Shown: one piece after another, positions 18,199-27,708 of the stretch
Layout of the letters: each line of letters begins with the position of its first letter
Position numbering within the stretch: the stretch's first letter is position 1
From: an uncultured Dehalococcoidia bacterium
Lineage (GTDB): Bacteria > Chloroflexota > Dehalococcoidia > Lucifugimonadales > GCA-2712585
Assembly (NCBI GenBank): GCA_964439905.1
Contig: CAYTPK010000022.1
Location: forward strand, 90,258-154,257
Length of the DNA: 64,000 nucleotides
Direction: 5' to 3'
Program-made: the position numbers and the translations under genes
The notes under the pieces: generated by a model
What the model saw: only the letters and a program-made list of their open reading frames with translations
What the model was told of the DNA's origin: nothing
Databases searched by the model: none

Positions 18199-18393
18199 AT
18201 GTGGGTTGATTTCATGAAAGTTCCTAGTTTAGTGGTGGGCGAGATTTGGAAGGAAGCTATTGAGGCCGAAGGGCTGCCAGTTAGGCTGCTTCCAGAATCT
18301 GGAATATTGGATTGGTCAGAAAAAACCTCGTATAGGCTCATGGTACCTCGGGGTCGTGAGCATGTGGCGGAGGAGATCTTGAGGAAACTCTAG
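18199..18393 (+). CDS. Small soluble DUF2007-like (putative signal-transducing, PII-like fold) protein embedded in the nuo operon
   Basis: 64-aa ORF filling the nuoK-nuoL gap exactly (6 nt after the nuoK stop, 1 nt before the nuoL start). The pattern ...EAEGLPVRLL...YRLMVPRGREHVAEEIL resembles the DUF2007 consensus. Confidence 0.5.
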   Translation: MWVDFMKVPSLVVGEIWKEAIEAEGLPVRLLPESGILDWSEKTSYRLMVPRGREHVAEEILRKL

Positions 18394-18394
18394 T

Positions 18395-20389
18395 TTGATT
18401 TCTGAAATTGGCACATGGTTAATATTCTTTCTGCCTGTAATGGGGTTCTTAGCTATTGGTTTATTAGTTAGACCATTTCTTGGGGGCCAGAGCCGTGTTT
18501 CAAGCCTTATATTGATAGGGGCCCTCTCTGGTTCGTTTATTCTCTCTGTTTGGGCTTTGAGGTGTGTCATCCAGGAGGGTCCGCTAATCTTTCCCGGGCA
18601 TGTTTGGATGACATTAGGTGGATTGGAATTCGAGATTGGATTGATTGTGGATTCTCTGACTGCAATTATGCTTGTGGTGGTTAGCGGTGTCAGTTTGGCG
18701 ATTCAGATTTACTCTCATGGGTACATGAAGGATGATCCTGGATACGTTCGTTATTATACCTTCATGGCGTTGTTTTCCAGTGCAATGCTTGGGCTAGTCG
18801 TAGCTAGCAACATAATTCAAATGTTTGTGATGTGGGAACTTGTGGGTCTAGGCTCGTTCCTGCTCATAGGGTTTTGGTTTAATAAACCAACAGCAGCAGC
18901 TGCTGCTAAGAAGGCGTTTCTCGTCACTAGGATAGGAGACTTCGGATTTCTTTTGGCCATTTTATATCTATTTTCGCATCGAGAAGCTTTTATAGGACAA
19001 GGACTCAATCCGCTCAACATAGAAGATATAAACAATGCAATACCAATGATCAAGAACGGGATTATTGTAGGAATTAGTTCTCTCGGTCTTACATGGCTTG
19101 GATTGGGTATTTTTGCGGGGGCAGCAGGAAAATCTGCTCAGTTCCCTCTCCATGTTTGGTTACCAGACGCCATGGAAGGACCAACTCCCGTTAGTGCTCT
19201 CATACACGCAGCAACAATGGTGGCTGCTGGAGTATTTCTTATAGCCCGGTTCTTCCCAGTGTTTCAAAGTTCTGATACGACTATGACTATATTGGCAATC
19301 TTAGGCTCTTTTACAGCCATATTTGCTGCCACAATGGGGATAGTAAATAATGATATTAAGAGAGTTTTGGCTTATTCCACTATAAGTCAGTTAGGGTATA
19401 TGGTAGCAGCGTTGGGAATTGGTGCCTACGGACCAGCGATATTTCATCTTTTTAACCACGCGTTTTTTAAGGCATTGCTTTTCTTGGGAGCGGGAAATGT
19501 TAATCATGCAACTGGAACATTTGACATGAGATATATGGGTGGCCTGAGAAAGATAATGCCGTTTTCTTATGCTTTTATGGTTATCGGTGGACTGAGTTTA
19601 ATTGGCATGTTTCCTCTTGCGGGCTTTTGGAGCAAGGATGAAATTTTGGGTTATGCCTGGCACGGAAATGGTTTTGTGAATGGATGGGTTTTTTGGATGT
19701 TAATGGTAGGTGTGATATTAACCACCATATATACGACCCGTATGGTGATCATGACTTTCCATGGAAAATATAGAGGAGATTCTCTCATTAATGATCACGA
19801 ACAAAAAAACGTAGGTGCGGCAGAAGAAAATCACCATCTCACCGAATCCCCCTTGGTCATGTTGGCTCCTATGGGATTGTTAGCTGTCGCAGCTATCATT
19901 TCCGGGTATATAGCAAATCCCCAGAATGAAATGTTGGGAATTCCCGTTCATTGGTTTAGTGAATTTATCGCACCGCTTGGAAGTCATGGGCACGTGCTTC
20001 CGTTAAACCAGGGTTTGGCACTCGTTACTATGATGATAATAGTAATCCTCGTAGGTTTGGTCAGCCTATTTTATTCAAAACCCTGGAAGGGCGGAACAAG
20101 ATTTCAGGGGGCTGTTACGGTTGGCAGAAACGTGTTGACCGAACGGTATTACATTGACAGGATATTTGAAAGAGGCCTTGTTAATCGCTTGTTTTACCGA
20201 TTCACCGGAGGGCTTTTGGAATGGATTGACCAGCAAATAATTGATGCGATTGTGGATGTCGTTGGCTGGATCTCGCGGTCTTTTGGTGTTGTAATAGCTC
20301 GCTTTCAGACGGGCCAGGCTCAGCTATATGGCATTGCTATAGCGGTCGGTTCATTTGTTATTTTCGTGTCCTATATTATGTGGGGTTAA
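18395..20389 (+). CDS. nuoL: NADH-quinone oxidoreductase subunit L
   Basis: 664 aa with a TTG start. It is an antiporter-like subunit with WELVGLGSFLLIGFW and SAQFPLHVWLPDAMEGPTPVSALIHAATMV, plus a long C-terminal lateral-helix region. Confidence 0.93.
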   Translation: MISEIGTWLIFFLPVMGFLAIGLLVRPFLGGQSRVSSLILIGALSGSFILSVWALRCVIQEGPLIFPGHVWMTLGGLEFEIGLIVDSLTAIMLVVVSGVSLAIQIYSHGYMKDDPGYVRYYTFMALFSSAMLGLVVASNIIQMFVMWELVGLGSFLLIGFWFNKPTAAAAAKKAFLVTRIGDFGFLLAILYLFSHREAFIGQGLNPLNIEDINNAIPMIKNGIIVGISSLGLTWLGLGIFAGAAGKSAQFPLHVWLPDAMEGPTPVSALIHAATMVAAGVFLIARFFPVFQSSDTTMTILAILGSFTAIFAATMGIVNNDIKRVLAYSTISQLGYMVAALGIGAYGPAIFHLFNHAFFKALLFLGAGNVNHATGTFDMRYMGGLRKIMPFSYAFMVIGGLSLIGMFPLAGFWSKDEILGYAWHGNGFVNGWVFWMLMVGVILTTIYTTRMVIMTFHGKYRGDSLINDHEQKNVGAAEENHHLTESPLVMLAPMGLLAVAAIISGYIANPQNEMLGIPVHWFSEFIAPLGSHGHVLPLNQGLALVTMMIIVILVGLVSLFYSKPWKGGTRFQGAVTVGRNVLTERYYIDRIFERGLVNRLFYRFTGGLLEWIDQQIIDAIVDVVGWISRSFGVVIARFQTGQAQLYGIAIAVGSFVIFVSYIMWG

Positions 20390-20395
20390 GTAAAT

Positions 20396-21904
20396 TTGGA
20401 ACCATTTACAGGCATATTAACACTGGCAGTTTTCACCCCACTCGTGGGTGCAATACTAATAGTTTTGGCAGCCCGAAAAGATTCGGCCGTACGCCTAATA
20501 GCTTTATCGGTTACGTTATTTAATTTCATACTATCTGGAATAATTTTCGTTATATTTGATAGTTCAAGTTCCCAACGCTTTCAAATGGTCGAACGAATCG
20601 AATGGTTCAATAGTCAGGCAATTAATGTCACATATCAGATGGGAATAGATGGGATTAGTGCCCCCTTAGTTTTACTGACAGGACTTCTTGGGTTTATAGC
20701 CGTCTTGGCCTCTTGGAAAATAGTACTAAGGGTCAAGGAATATTTTGTATGTATACTGATTTTACAGACTGCCGTAATGGGAGTCTTTACGTCTCTTGAT
20801 TTCATATTGTTTTTCGTCTTTTGGGAACTAGAATTGATACCCATGTATTTCTTGATCTCCATATGGGGTACGGGAAGAAAACAATATTCCGCAATGAAAT
20901 TTGTGATATTCACGTTCTTGGGCTCCGCTTTTATGCTTGTGGGAATAATTGCTTTGTATCTTTCCCCAGATGTAAGGCATTTTGATATGATCATCTTGGC
21001 TGAAAATGGAGTAATGGGCATTCAAAGCCTAGTTCCATTAACACTTATCTTCTGGTTTTTCTTGATCGCATTTTTGGTCAAACTCCCCGCTATACCTGTA
21101 CACACATGGCTCCCTGATGCCCACACGGATGCTCCAACAGCCGTTAGTATATTGTTAGCCGGTGTCCTTTTAAAAATGGGTGGATATGGGCTCCTGAGAA
21201 TAATTGTTGGGATGTTCCCCGATATAACTATTGATCATGCAGGAATTTTTGCAATCTTAGCAGTCGCATCAATACTGTATGGAGCCGTACTTACGATTCG
21301 TCAAACGGATCTCAAGCGGTTAATCGCCTATAGTAGTGTGAGCCATATGGGATTGGTGCTTCTGGGGGTGGCTTCGGTAGGATTTATCAATCGGGATTTC
21401 ATTAGCGTAGGGCTCACAGGGGCGTCTATGCAGTTATTTACACACGGTACGATATCGGCCCTGCTGTTTCTCACAGTTGGCTTGATATATGAACGAACAG
21501 GAACTCGATATATACCGGATCTGGGTGGGCTTTTAAGAACGATACCAATTGTGTCGGTATCGTTGATTATTGCGGGCCTAGCTTCCTTAGGTCTACCAGG
21601 CATGAGTGGATTTGTATCAGAGATTCTAGTTTTTCTAGGTAGTTATAAGGCTTTTCCAGTCATTACAGGGTTAAGTGTTTTTGGCGTAGTATTAGCAGCA
21701 GGATATATTCTATGGATGCTAGAGAGATCCTTATTTGGGCCTGCTAAGGAACGATTTTCTCAAATCAAAGATGCTAGTCTTGTTGAATGTATTTCTTTGG
21801 TGATTTTAGTTATTACCATTTTGGGTATAGGAATTTATCCGGCAATTATTGTTGATGTATTTGAGTCTGGAATAGATCCTATTACGGTGTTGATTACACG
21901 ATGA
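20396..21904 (+). CDS. nuoM: NADH-quinone oxidoreductase subunit M
   Basis: 502 aa with a TTG start. Contains FWELELIPMYFLI and HTWLPDAHTDAPTAVSILLAGVLLKMGGYG. Confidence 0.93.
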   Translation: MEPFTGILTLAVFTPLVGAILIVLAARKDSAVRLIALSVTLFNFILSGIIFVIFDSSSSQRFQMVERIEWFNSQAINVTYQMGIDGISAPLVLLTGLLGFIAVLASWKIVLRVKEYFVCILILQTAVMGVFTSLDFILFFVFWELELIPMYFLISIWGTGRKQYSAMKFVIFTFLGSAFMLVGIIALYLSPDVRHFDMIILAENGVMGIQSLVPLTLIFWFFLIAFLVKLPAIPVHTWLPDAHTDAPTAVSILLAGVLLKMGGYGLLRIIVGMFPDITIDHAGIFAILAVASILYGAVLTIRQTDLKRLIAYSSVSHMGLVLLGVASVGFINRDFISVGLTGASMQLFTHGTISALLFLTVGLIYERTGTRYIPDLGGLLRTIPIVSVSLIIAGLASLGLPGMSGFVSEILVFLGSYKAFPVITGLSVFGVVLAAGYILWMLERSLFGPAKERFSQIKDASLVECISLVILVITILGIGIYPAIIVDVFESGIDPITVLITR

Positions 21905-23388
21905 ACGTTAATGATATATATTTAATTTCCCCTGAGATCAGTTTAGCTGGCCTTGGTTTATTACTACTTTTGCTGGACTTGATCTGGAAGAAAAAAGAAT
22001 TCTTTCCATATGTAGTATTTTTAGGGCTATTCCTTCCAATTATTTTAAGCGTTTGTTTGTGGTACGACATCAATAAAGAGATTGGTGCTGAATTAACTGG
22101 TATTAATGGCGCTCTAATCGTGGACAAGTTTTCCATATATTTTAAGCTTATAGTTTTAGGTGCCCTGGGATTGGTTATTTTAACCTCGACAGATTATCTG
22201 GAGAGATTACGAGAGCAGAGCGGGGAATTTCTCCCGCTTTTGATTTTTTCGGCGACTGGAATGATGTTTTTGGTGTCAGCCAGTGAATTGATAACCATTT
22301 ATGTGGCTCTCGAATTAACCACTCTGCCGTTAGTTGCTCTAATCGGATTCCTGAGACATGGTAGGTCGAGTGAGGCGGCCTTGAAGTTTTTGATTCTGAG
22401 TGGAATAAGTTCCGCTTTGTTGTTATATGGCATGGTATTGGTCTGGGGGTTTTCTGGGTCCACCTATCTAACTGTTATAGCCAGTGTAGTTGATAACCCA
22501 GCCAATTTAGGGGTTCCATTTGGGAGTTATGCTTTGCTTTTAGGCATAATACTTATAGCTGCTGGATTTGCTTTTAAAATTTCTGCGGTGCCTTTTCACA
22601 TGTGGGTTCCAGATATTTATGAGGGTGGAACTACTCCGGTCGTAGCGTTCCTGTCTGTGGCCAGTAAATCGGTGGCTTTTGCAGTTCTCTTAAGAGTTTT
22701 TTACGTGGGATTTGGATCGCTTGAATTAGAGTGGTCAATCATTTTTGCTGTTCTGTCGGCGGCTTCTATGATCTTGGGTAATCTGGTAGCAATGGTACAG
22801 ACAAATGTGAAGCGTTTATTGGGATATAGTACTATAGCTCACGCAGGCTATATGCTTATTGGGCTCGCCGCGGTCGCTTCGAGGATTGATGGGGACTATC
22901 TTAGTTCTGGTCCAGGAAGTCTGTTGTTCTACCTTGCTGCCTATTGTGTTACCAACTTAGCTGCATTCTTTGCAGTAATATCGATCTCGAGAGGCATGGG
23001 TAGCGATCGATTGGAAGATTTTGCGGGTATGGGCCGCAAAGCCCCACTTCAAGCTATAACCTTGACTATGGCATTGATTTCGCTAATTGGGCTTCCTCCA
23101 ACCGGCCTTTTTATCGGAAAAATAATGCTTTTCACATCTGCAGTCGATGCGGGACTTATTTGGCTAGCAATACTCGGAGTCGTTAGTAGTGTTGTTTCTG
23201 CCTATTATTACCTGAAGATAGTTCGTATCATGTATACATCTGAAGATAGAACTGAAGGGACTGTTGTGTCTACTATGAGCGCTAAGTTAGCGCTAGTGTC
23301 TTCAGCTGCTATGGTGGTTGTCTTGGGCATGATTCCAGGCATTCTCACACATGTTACTGACGCTGCGGCTATAACGTTACTACCGTAG
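21901..23388 (+). CDS. nuoN: NADH-quinone oxidoreductase subunit N
   Basis: 495 aa. Contains FHMWVPDIYEGGTTPVVAFLSVASK and KRLLGYSTIAHAGYM. It overlaps the nuoM stop by 4 nt. Confidence 0.92.
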   Translation: MNVNDIYLISPEISLAGLGLLLLLLDLIWKKKEFFPYVVFLGLFLPIILSVCLWYDINKEIGAELTGINGALIVDKFSIYFKLIVLGALGLVILTSTDYLERLREQSGEFLPLLIFSATGMMFLVSASELITIYVALELTTLPLVALIGFLRHGRSSEAALKFLILSGISSALLLYGMVLVWGFSGSTYLTVIASVVDNPANLGVPFGSYALLLGIILIAAGFAFKISAVPFHMWVPDIYEGGTTPVVAFLSVASKSVAFAVLLRVFYVGFGSLELEWSIIFAVLSAASMILGNLVAMVQTNVKRLLGYSTIAHAGYMLIGLAAVASRIDGDYLSSGPGSLLFYLAAYCVTNLAAFFAVISISRGMGSDRLEDFAGMGRKAPLQAITLTMALISLIGLPPTGLFIGKIMLFTSAVDAGLIWLAILGVVSSVVSAYYYLKIVRIMYTSEDRTEGTVVSTMSAKLALVSSAAMVVVLGMIPGILTHVTDAAAITLLP

Positions 23389-23455
23389 GTCTCGTTGACA
23401 GTAATAATACCCGATGCTAGACTCGGCCCTCATCTCAATGTAGTACGAGGACGCT

Positions 23456-24337
23456 GTGAAAGCACCTAAGGTAATAGGGGTAGTCTATAATCCCCGTTCT
23501 CCAGAGGCCGTGTTGATGGCCAAAAAAATTAAAGATGATTTTTGTCCTGATGAGAATTCGTGGATTGAGGAAATTCCTAGTGACGGTACGTTGATATCAA
23601 ATATGCTCACTACTGATCTGCTGATTACTGTTGGCGGAGACGGTACCATCCTACGAGCTGCAAGGGCAGTCGTGGGTAAGGATATACCAATATTGGGTAT
23701 CAACTTGGGTCGATTGGGATTTATGACAGAGTTAAGATCTGACGATGCTTTTGAAAGAATCCCATATTTCCTGAAAGGTGGTGGTTGGACTGAACAACGA
23801 TCCACATTGGAGGTTATTGTTTCGCGCCAAGGTAAAGAAATTACTCTAGGCAAGACGGGGTCTCAAATAGCTTTAAATGACGTTGTTATAGCGAGGGGAG
23901 CAAAACCCAGGTTGATGCGAGCCAAAGCATTTGTCGACGGAGCGGTATTCACTTCGTACAGAGCGGATGCAGTGATAATTTCTTCCGCAACAGGGAGTAC
24001 TGGTTATAATTTAGCTGTGGGTGGGCCTATTTTGCATCCCACTGCCGATGAAATGATTCTTAAACCAGTAGCGCCTCACGTGGGCTTGGCGACTGCAGTC
24101 GTCTTACCAGCTACTTCTGAAGTGGAATTGGTCATTGAATCTGACCATGATTCTGTCCTGAGTGTGGACGGATTCCTGGAATTTCCGTTACAAATTGATG
24201 ATGTAATAAGAGTTAAACACAGCCAGCAGTTAGTTTCTTTTCTACGTGAGGGAAGTCGACGAAGGTTTTATGATACTCTAATGCGGAGATTAGGGTTTGA
24301 GTCAGGTATAGGATCTGGCAGAGCGATATTTTATTAG
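23456..24337 (+). CDS. nadK: NAD(+) kinase
   Basis: 293 aa. Contains GGDGTILRAAR, NLGRLGFMTE and SSATGSTGYNLAVGGPI. Confidence 0.9.
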   Translation: MKAPKVIGVVYNPRSPEAVLMAKKIKDDFCPDENSWIEEIPSDGTLISNMLTTDLLITVGGDGTILRAARAVVGKDIPILGINLGRLGFMTELRSDDAFERIPYFLKGGGWTEQRSTLEVIVSRQGKEITLGKTGSQIALNDVVIARGAKPRLMRAKAFVDGAVFTSYRADAVIISSATGSTGYNLAVGGPILHPTADEMILKPVAPHVGLATAVVLPATSEVELVIESDHDSVLSVDGFLEFPLQIDDVIRVKHSQQLVSFLREGSRRRFYDTLMRRLGFESGIGSGRAIFY

Positions 24338-24877
24338 ATGACATCCTTAAATGATCAGATTATTCTAGGTCAAAATTGGCCGTACACGGGAAGGATGCTG
24401 AATCTCAGAGTAGACAAAATACGGCTTGGGACTGGCTATACCTTAACTAGAGAAATTGTCGAAGCCAGAAATAGTGTTTGTGTAGCAGCCTTAGATGGAT
24501 GCGGGAATGTGGTTTTGGTCAAACAATATAGGCAAGCTGTTGGGGAGGTTCTCTTAGAGGTTCCTGCGGGGGGGATAGAATGTGAGGAAGAACCATTAGA
24601 CGCGGCTCATAGAGAGCTGGAGGAAGAGACAGGATTTCTAGCCAAGCGTATGACGTTTGAGTCTTTCTTTTGGGCTACCCCAGGGATCTCCACTGAGGGA
24701 ATGTATGCTTATTCAGCTGAAGGTTTAGAATTGCGCAAACAAGTGACGGAATATGACGAGAATATAGAGGTTGTTTGCGTCAGTTTAGATAACGTCATGA
24801 ATTTAATTTCTACAGGAAAGATACGGGATGGTAAAACTATCGCTTTACTTAGTTTAATCCTCATAAAGAAGAGTTAA
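24338..24877 (+). CDS. Nudix hydrolase (ADP-ribose pyrophosphatase-like)
   Basis: 179 aa. The Nudix box is GGIECEEEPLDAAHRELEEETGF. Its start abuts the nadK stop. Confidence 0.85.
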   Translation: MTSLNDQIILGQNWPYTGRMLNLRVDKIRLGTGYTLTREIVEARNSVCVAALDGCGNVVLVKQYRQAVGEVLLEVPAGGIECEEEPLDAAHRELEEETGFLAKRMTFESFFWATPGISTEGMYAYSAEGLELRKQVTEYDENIEVVCVSLDNVMNLISTGKIRDGKTIALLSLILIKKS

Positions 24878-24973
24878 CTACAACTTGGAATCTGTACTTT
24901 TAATATCATCAAGCAATGAATTTTGTCCAATAAAATCCCGCGGTTTCGTATAGGTAATTTGCGCTAATATAAA

Positions 24974-25002
24974 TTGATAATGATCAACCTATTTGATAGT
25001 AT
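24974..25002 (+). promoter_or_regulatory. Candidate promoter for the sdh operon
   Basis: TTGATA (24974-24979), a 17-nt spacer, then TAGTAT (24997-25002). A GGAGGG Shine-Dalgarno sequence lies at 25028-25033. Confidence 0.35.
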
Positions 25003-25035
25003 GTCTGACTGCTGGCGACTCAATCTTGGAGGGAA

Positions 25036-26718
25036 ATGTCCTTGTTAGAGCATGATGTTTTAGTTATAGGAGCAGGATTAGCTGGTATGCGAGCAGCACT
25101 TTCGGCCCAGGAAATGGGAGCGAATGTAGCCGTTGTGAGTAAGGTCCATCCAGTAAGAAGCCATTCGAATGCCGCACAGGGTGGAATTAATGCTGCCCTC
25201 ACGGATAGGGGCGACGACTGGAACGATCATGCTTATGATACGGTTAAAGGGAGTGATTATTTAGGCGACCAAGATGCAATAGAAATTATGTGTTCCGAAG
25301 CAGGCCAAGAGTTAATCAACCTGGAACACATGGGCGTAATTTTTAATCGAGATGAACAAGGGTTATTAGGTACTAGAGCTTTTGGTGGGCAGCAAAAGGC
25401 GCGGACTTTTTTCGTTGCAGATTTCACAGGTCAGGCAATGTTGCATGTACTATACGAACAACTTATCAAATCATCTATTAGAGTTTATGAAGAATGGTTT
25501 GTCTTATCCTTGATTATCGAAGATGGTGTATGTTGTGGGGTTACTGCATTAGAGATTGGAACTGGTAGAGTTTACGTAATTCGAGCAAAAACAGTAATCA
25601 TGTGTTCAGGCGGGGTAGGGCGAGTTTTTGAGCCGAGCACAAATGCTTTGATCGTTACCGGAGATGGGATAGGACAAGCGTATGCTTCGGGTGCAGATTT
25701 AATGGACATGGAAATGATTCAATATCACCCTACAACGCTCAAAGGAAGTGGGGTGTTGATCACTGAGGGTGCACGTGGCGAGGGTGCTTATCTTCTAAAC
25801 AGTGATGGAAAACGCTTCATGGAGACATATGCACCAAATATGATGGAATTAGCTTCTAGAGATGTGGTATCACGGGCAGAACAGACAGAAATTGATCAGG
25901 GTCGGGGAGTCGACGGATGTGTGTACTTGGATTTGAGGCATCTGGGAGAAGACCTTATACGTGAGCGGCTTACTCAGATTGTAGATATTGGTCAGGATTT
26001 CGCCGGGGTAAACATCATCAATGAGCCTATACCAATCAGACCTGGCATGCACTATATAATGGGTGGTATTAAAACTGATGTAAATGGACGCACCAATATT
26101 CCAGGTCTTTATGCGGCAGGCGAATGTGCGTGTGTAAGTGTTCATGGAGGAAATCGACTGGGGGCAAACTCGCTCCTGGATACGGTCATTTTTGGCAGAC
26201 GTTCTGGTGTCCACGCAGCAGCATACGCTAAAGAACAAGGCTTTATAAAATTTGATGTCCAGAGTTATATAAAAGGATATGATCAGAAATTAAACTCAAT
26301 TGCAGACCGGCAAGAAGGAGAAAGGTGGGCTCAAATTAGGAACGATTTGGGTAAAGATATGGACCAATATTTTGGTGTATATAGAGAAGAAAGTGGTATG
26401 CAAAACCTTTTGAGTAGAATAGAGGATTGTAAAAGGAGATATGAAAAAGTGGTTTTACAGGATAGAGGAACCATATTCAACACGGATCTTGTATTCACTT
26501 TGGAATTGGGTTTTATGTTGGATTGTGCGGAGACCATTGTTACGAGTGGTATAGAGCGTAAAGAAAGTAGAGGAGCACATTCTCGTACCGACTATCCTTT
26601 GAGAAATGACAAAGACTGGTTAAAACACGTAGTGGTATCAAAGACGGATAACGGACCCACACTCTCCCATCTCCCGGTTAAAATCACGAAATGGATTCCT
26701 GAAGAGAGGAAGTATTGA
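25036..26718 (+). CDS. sdhA: Succinate dehydrogenase/fumarate reductase flavoprotein subunit
   Basis: 560 aa. Contains the FAD motif VIGAGLAGMRAAL, the covalent-FAD region SHSNAAQGGINAA, HPT and ESRGAHSRTDYP. Confidence 0.93.
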   Translation: MSLLEHDVLVIGAGLAGMRAALSAQEMGANVAVVSKVHPVRSHSNAAQGGINAALTDRGDDWNDHAYDTVKGSDYLGDQDAIEIMCSEAGQELINLEHMGVIFNRDEQGLLGTRAFGGQQKARTFFVADFTGQAMLHVLYEQLIKSSIRVYEEWFVLSLIIEDGVCCGVTALEIGTGRVYVIRAKTVIMCSGGVGRVFEPSTNALIVTGDGIGQAYASGADLMDMEMIQYHPTTLKGSGVLITEGARGEGAYLLNSDGKRFMETYAPNMMELASRDVVSRAEQTEIDQGRGVDGCVYLDLRHLGEDLIRERLTQIVDIGQDFAGVNIINEPIPIRPGMHYIMGGIKTDVNGRTNIPGLYAAGECACVSVHGGNRLGANSLLDTVIFGRRSGVHAAAYAKEQGFIKFDVQSYIKGYDQKLNSIADRQEGERWAQIRNDLGKDMDQYFGVYREESGMQNLLSRIEDCKRRYEKVVLQDRGTIFNTDLVFTLELGFMLDCAETIVTSGIERKESRGAHSRTDYPLRNDKDWLKHVVVSKTDNGPTLSHLPVKITKWIPEERKY

Positions 26719-27680
26719 TGCAAGTAATAGTTTCTGTTAGTCGATTTAATCCGATAGATGACTATGGTAAATATTGGCAAGATTACAATCTTGAAGTTGA
26801 AGACAACTCCACCGTCCTTGATGCTTTGATAAAGATAAGGGAAGAAATAGATGGTAGTCTGGCAATGAGGTGTTCATGCCGAAGCGCAATTTGTGGTTCA
26901 TGTGCCATGCGAGTTAATGGTCATGCTAGATTGGCTTGTAACACGAAATTGGCCGACATGATCGATGATACAGGTATGGTCAAGGTTGAGCCTATGACAA
27001 ATTTGCCATTGATAAAAGACTTAGTAATAGATCAACAAATGTTTTGGGACAAGGTTAAGCAAGTATCTCCTTGGATCCAATCGGAAGGTCCTGAACCGAA
27101 AGGTGAATACGTTGCATCAAATGAGTCTATGAATAATTTGGCTGGGGTAATGGCCTGTATAATGTGCGGAGCTTGTGTATCTGATTGTTCTGCTTTGGAA
27201 GTAGACAAAAATTTCATTGGGCCGGCTGCTCTTGCTAAGGCATATAGATTTGTGGATGATCCACGAGATTCTAAGGCCGTAGAACGGTTAGGTATGCTAA
27301 ATGAATATGGTGGTATATGGGATTGTACTAGATGTTATGAATGTGTGGAAGTTTGCCCTAAGGGAGTAGCCCCCATGGATCGTATTATGGCTTTGCGTGA
27401 GGAGGCTATCAAGGTTGGATATGACGATACTATGGGAGCTCGTCACGCTGATGCGTTTTCGGATATAGTAGAGAATAGCGGCTGGCTTGACGAATTACGT
27501 CTCCCTATTAAAACCGTAGGAATCTTTAATCTACCTGCTCTGTTGAATTTTGCTCCTGTAGGTCTTAGGGCTCTAGTAAAAGGTAAAATGCCGGCTATTT
27601 TCCATCATAATGTTCCAAATGTTCAAAATGTTAGGAATCTATTTAAGAGAATTAGAAACGACAAAAATAATGACGATTAA
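26715..27680 (+). CDS. sdhB: Succinate dehydrogenase/fumarate reductase iron-sulfur subunit (extra-Cys, type-E-like)
   Basis: 321 aa. The 2Fe-2S region is CRSAICGSCAMRVNG...LAC, followed by CIMCGACVSDC. The third cluster motif is CTRCYECVEVCP, which has four Cys rather than the classical 3Fe-4S pattern. Confidence 0.9.
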   Translation: MMQVIVSVSRFNPIDDYGKYWQDYNLEVEDNSTVLDALIKIREEIDGSLAMRCSCRSAICGSCAMRVNGHARLACNTKLADMIDDTGMVKVEPMTNLPLIKDLVIDQQMFWDKVKQVSPWIQSEGPEPKGEYVASNESMNNLAGVMACIMCGACVSDCSALEVDKNFIGPAALAKAYRFVDDPRDSKAVERLGMLNEYGGIWDCTRCYECVEVCPKGVAPMDRIMALREEAIKVGYDDTMGARHADAFSDIVENSGWLDELRLPIKTVGIFNLPALLNFAPVGLRALVKGKMPAIFHHNVPNVQNVRNLFKRIRNDKNNDD

Positions 27681-27708
27681 GTCAAGTTAAAGTATTAGGA
27701 GGCTTAGG

